Of a stretch of DNA of 64,000 bases, positions 61,354 through 64,000 are shown in pieces. Position numbers and translations under genes: made by a program. The number at the start of each line of letters is the position of its first letter. Within the stretch, counting starts at the first letter, position 1. The notes under the pieces are model-generated. The model worked only from the letters and a program-made list of their open reading frames with translations. It was not told where the DNA came from and made no database searches. Source of the DNA: Candidatus Bathyarchaeota archaeon (GTDB lineage Archaea; Thermoproteota; Bathyarchaeia; Bathyarchaeales; Bathycorpusculaceae); contig CAVYES010000010.1 of assembly GCA_963767735.1 (NCBI GenBank), positions 1 to 64,000 of the forward strand, in the 5' to 3' direction.

Positions 61354-64000
61354 ATGAGAGATACTATTTCAATTAAGGGTGCAAGGGAGCATAACCTCAA
61401 AAACATAGATGTGGATTTGCCGAGAAACAAGTTTATAGTGATTACTGGGCTCTCAGGGTCAGGGAAATCCACTCTTGCCTTTGATACCCTCTACGCGGAA
61501 GGCCAAAGAAGATACGTGGAGAGCCTCTCCGCTTACGCCAGGCAGTTCCTAGGCTTAATGGATAAACCTGACGTTGACTCAATCGACGGGTTATCCCCAG
61601 CCATCTCCATAGAGCAGAAAAGCACCAGCAAAAACCCCCGCTCAACCGTTGGTACAGTTACCGAAATATACGATTACCTCAGGTTACTCTTCGCGCGTAT
61701 TGGCGTGCATCATTGTCCTAAATGCGGCAGCTCAATTCACCCTCAGAGCCCCGAGAACATAACAAGCCTAATTATGGCTGAGAAAGAAAAAACGCTCACT
61801 TTCCTGGCTCCGATAATTCGGGGCATAAAAGGAAACCATGAACAAGTTTTTGATGACCTCAAGAAACAAGGGTACACAAAAATCCGTGCGGACCAAAAAA
61901 TTTACGATTCAGACCAAATCAAAGAAGAAGTTAAGCTTGTGCGGTACGAGAAGCACTGGATTGAAGCCGTCATAGACACAGTAAAAATCGTTGATGAGGA
62001 ACGCAGCCGAATTTCTGAAGCTGTGGAGCAGGCGCTTCAAGTCGGCAAAGGAACCATGATTGTCATCGACGCCCAAAAAGCTGATGTGGAAAAGAAGAAG
62101 GAGCTTGAGCGCTTCCAAGATGAGACAATGTTTAGCACTTTTGGAGCATGCCCTAACCATCCTGAAATCGTGTTTGAAAGCCTTGAGCCCCGCATGTTCT
62201 CTTTTAACTCGCCATTTGGCGCCTGCCCAACCTGCCATGGCCTTGGCGAAATCACAGAAATCTCTGAAGACAAAGTTATTCCAGACAAAAACCTCTCCAT
62301 TATGGATGGAGCATTAGCTGTTTACGGAAGCATGGACCTTGGCTGGCGGGCGCAGCAGATTGCAATCGTAGGCAAGAAATACGGCTTCGACATTTTCACC
62401 CCGATAAAGGATTTCACTGAACAGCAACTGCACGTACTCCTGTACGGCGACAGAGAACCTATAAACGGGCAATGGTCTAATGGGGCAAACATGTGGATGC
62501 GTGACGGCTGGGAAGGCGTAATCCCCCAGACCAATAGGCTTTACCGCCAAACCGAAAGTGCTTGGCGAAAGGAAGACATAGAAAAATTCATGACATCCAC
62601 ACCGTGCAACGCGTGCAAAGGCAAAAAACTTCAGCCTGTAGTGCTTGCCGTAAAAATCTTGGATAAAAGCATAATTGACACGACGGATCTTTCAATTGAA
62701 GAAGCAGTTGAGTTCTTTGGCAACCTATCCTCGCAGCTTAACGAGAAAGAATTAGCCATTGCCAAACAGGTGCTAAAGGAAGTCAACGAGCGTTTGGGAT
62801 TTCTTAAAAATGTTGGTTTAGGCTATCTTTCGCTTTCTCGTGCAGCAAAAACACTCTCCGGCGGCGAAGCCCAAAGAATTCGGTTAGCTACACAAATCGG
62901 AAGCAACCTGATGGGTGTGCTCTATATTCTTGATGAACCCAGCATTGGCCTGCATCAGCGGGATAACGCGAAGCTCATAAGCACCCTGCATCGCCTGCGC
63001 GATTTAGGAAACACACTCATCGTTGTAGAACACGATGAAGAAACTATACGGAACGCTGACTATATCGTGGACATGGGACCAGGAGCGGGAGTGCACGGGG
63101 GACACGTTGTCGCAGAAGGCTCACCAGAAGAAATCATGATGAATAAGCGCAGCCTCACAGGCAAATACCTATCTGGCGAATTAAAAATTGAAGTACCAGA
63201 AACGAGGCGCAAACCCGTCGGCTGCCTCACCGTTAAAGGAGCACAAGAAAACAACCTCAAAAACCTCACCTTGCAACTGCCGCTGGGAGTACTGTGTGGA
63301 GTTACAGGCGTCTCCGGTTCAGGCAAGAGTACGCTGATGAATTTAACCGCTATCCCTGTTTTGCGGCAAATGTTCGGCGAACAAGTAGACAAAATAGGCA
63401 AACACGAATCCATCGAGGTTCCGCCATTCGTTAGAAACGTAATAGTTATCGACCAGGACCCAATCGGCAGAACCCCAAGAAGCAACCCCGCAACCTACAC
63501 CAAGCTTTTTGATGAGATTAGGCGCATTTTTGCTTCAACTAAAGAGGCAAAGGCACGCGGCTACAAGGAAGGAAGATTCAGCTTTAACGTGAAAGGCGGC
63601 AGATGTGAAACATGCCAAGGCGACGGTGTTTTGCGTATAGAAATGAATTTTCTGCCCGACGTTTACGTGCAATGCAGCGACTGCAAAGGCAAACGATACA
63701 ACAAAGAAACCCTAAGCATACTCTTCAAAGGCAAAAACATCGCTGAAGTATTAGATATGACTGTGGAGGAAGCTGCAAAATTCTTTGAGAATACACCGAG
63801 AATCTCACGCAAACTAACCACACTGCTAGACGTTGGATTGGGCTACATTAAACTCGGTCAAAGCTCAACCACACTATCAGGCGGAGAAAGCCAACGCATC
63901 AAAATCACCCGCGAATTGAGCAAGCACAAGTCTGGGCATGTAGTTTACATGCTGGACGAACCAACCACGGGGCTGCATTTTGATGATACTAAACGGTTGA
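61354..64000 (+). CDS. uvrA: Excinuclease ABC subunit A (runs off the window end)
   Basis: [17 protein letters not shown]...GLSGSGKS...[27 protein letters not shown] and a second GVSGSGKS. Confidence 0.97.
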   Translation, partial: MRDTISIKGAREHNLKNIDVDLPRNKFIVITGLSGSGKSTLAFDTLYAEGQRRYVESLSAYARQFLGLMDKPDVDSIDGLSPAISIEQKSTSKNPRSTVGTVTEIYDYLRLLFARIGVHHCPKCGSSIHPQSPENITSLIMAEKEKTLTFLAPIIRGIKGNHEQVFDDLKKQGYTKIRADQKIYDSDQIKEEVKLVRYEKHWIEAVIDTVKIVDEERSRISEAVEQALQVGKGTMIVIDAQKADVEKKKELERFQDETMFSTFGACPNHPEIVFESLEPRMFSFNSPFGACPTCHGLGEITEISEDKVIPDKNLSIMDGALAVYGSMDLGWRAQQIAIVGKKYGFDIFTPIKDFTEQQLHVLLYGDREPINGQWSNGANMWMRDGWEGVIPQTNRLYRQTESAWRKEDIEKFMTSTPCNACKGKKLQPVVLAVKILDKSIIDTTDLSIEEAVEFFGNLSSQLNEKELAIAKQVLKEVNERLGFLKNVGLGYLSLSRAAKTLSGGEAQRIRLATQIGSNLMGVLYILDEPSIGLHQRDNAKLISTLHRLRDLGNTLIVVEHDEETIRNADYIVDMGPGAGVHGGHVVAEGSPEEIMMNKRSLTGKYLSGELKIEVPETRRKPVGCLTVKGAQENNLKNLTLQLPLGVLCGVTGVSGSGKSTLMNLTAIPVLRQMFGEQVDKIGKHESIEVPPFVRNVIVIDQDPIGRTPRSNPATYTKLFDEIRRIFASTKEAKARGYKEGRFSFNVKGGRCETCQGDGVLRIEMNFLPDVYVQCSDCKGKRYNKETLSILFKGKNIAEVLDMTVEEAAKFFENTPRISRKLTTLLDVGLGYIKLGQSSTTLSGGESQRIKITRELSKHKSGHVVYMLDEPTTGLHFDDTKRL

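Noticed and set aside
59378-63485. Antisense ORFs within uvrB/uvrA, and similar shadows over cas1, dinB, ALDH and ABC genes
   Set aside because: Shadow frames of well-supported genes on the opposite strand.

Overview
Archaeal genomic window; gene content and protein style suggest Bathyarchaeia (inference). 1-13.5 kb holds a 68-repeat CRISPR array transcribed on the minus strand and a complete type I-B-like cas operon (cas8, separate cas11-like gene, cas7, cas5, cas3, cas6, cas1, cas2, cas4). 13.6-19.9 kb holds an hsdR remnant and an integrase-led mobile cassette: tyrosine integrase, atypical Fic/Doc, microprotein, HTH, ParB-like protein, ABC ATPase and GNAT. 20-27.6 kb is an oxidoreductase/transport cluster. 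Next come a TnpA-only IS200/IS605 element inserted silently at a stop codon, a tandem ferritin, an ISH3-like IS and a Cys-rich microprotein. The rest is core-like: 2-oxoacid:ferredoxin oxidoreductase, nrdR-nrdD-nrdG with NrdR boxes, GT39, dinB, ABC exporter, pncB, a motif-degenerate thiolase plus DUF35-HMG-CoA synthase fusion, SSB, a LamG/Kelch surface protein, uvrB and uvrA (partial). Many single-base frameshifts in housekeeping genes and blurred CRISPR spacers point to an error-prone long-read consensus, so frameshift-based claims need read-level checks. All calls come from motif recognition by eye; no database searches were run.
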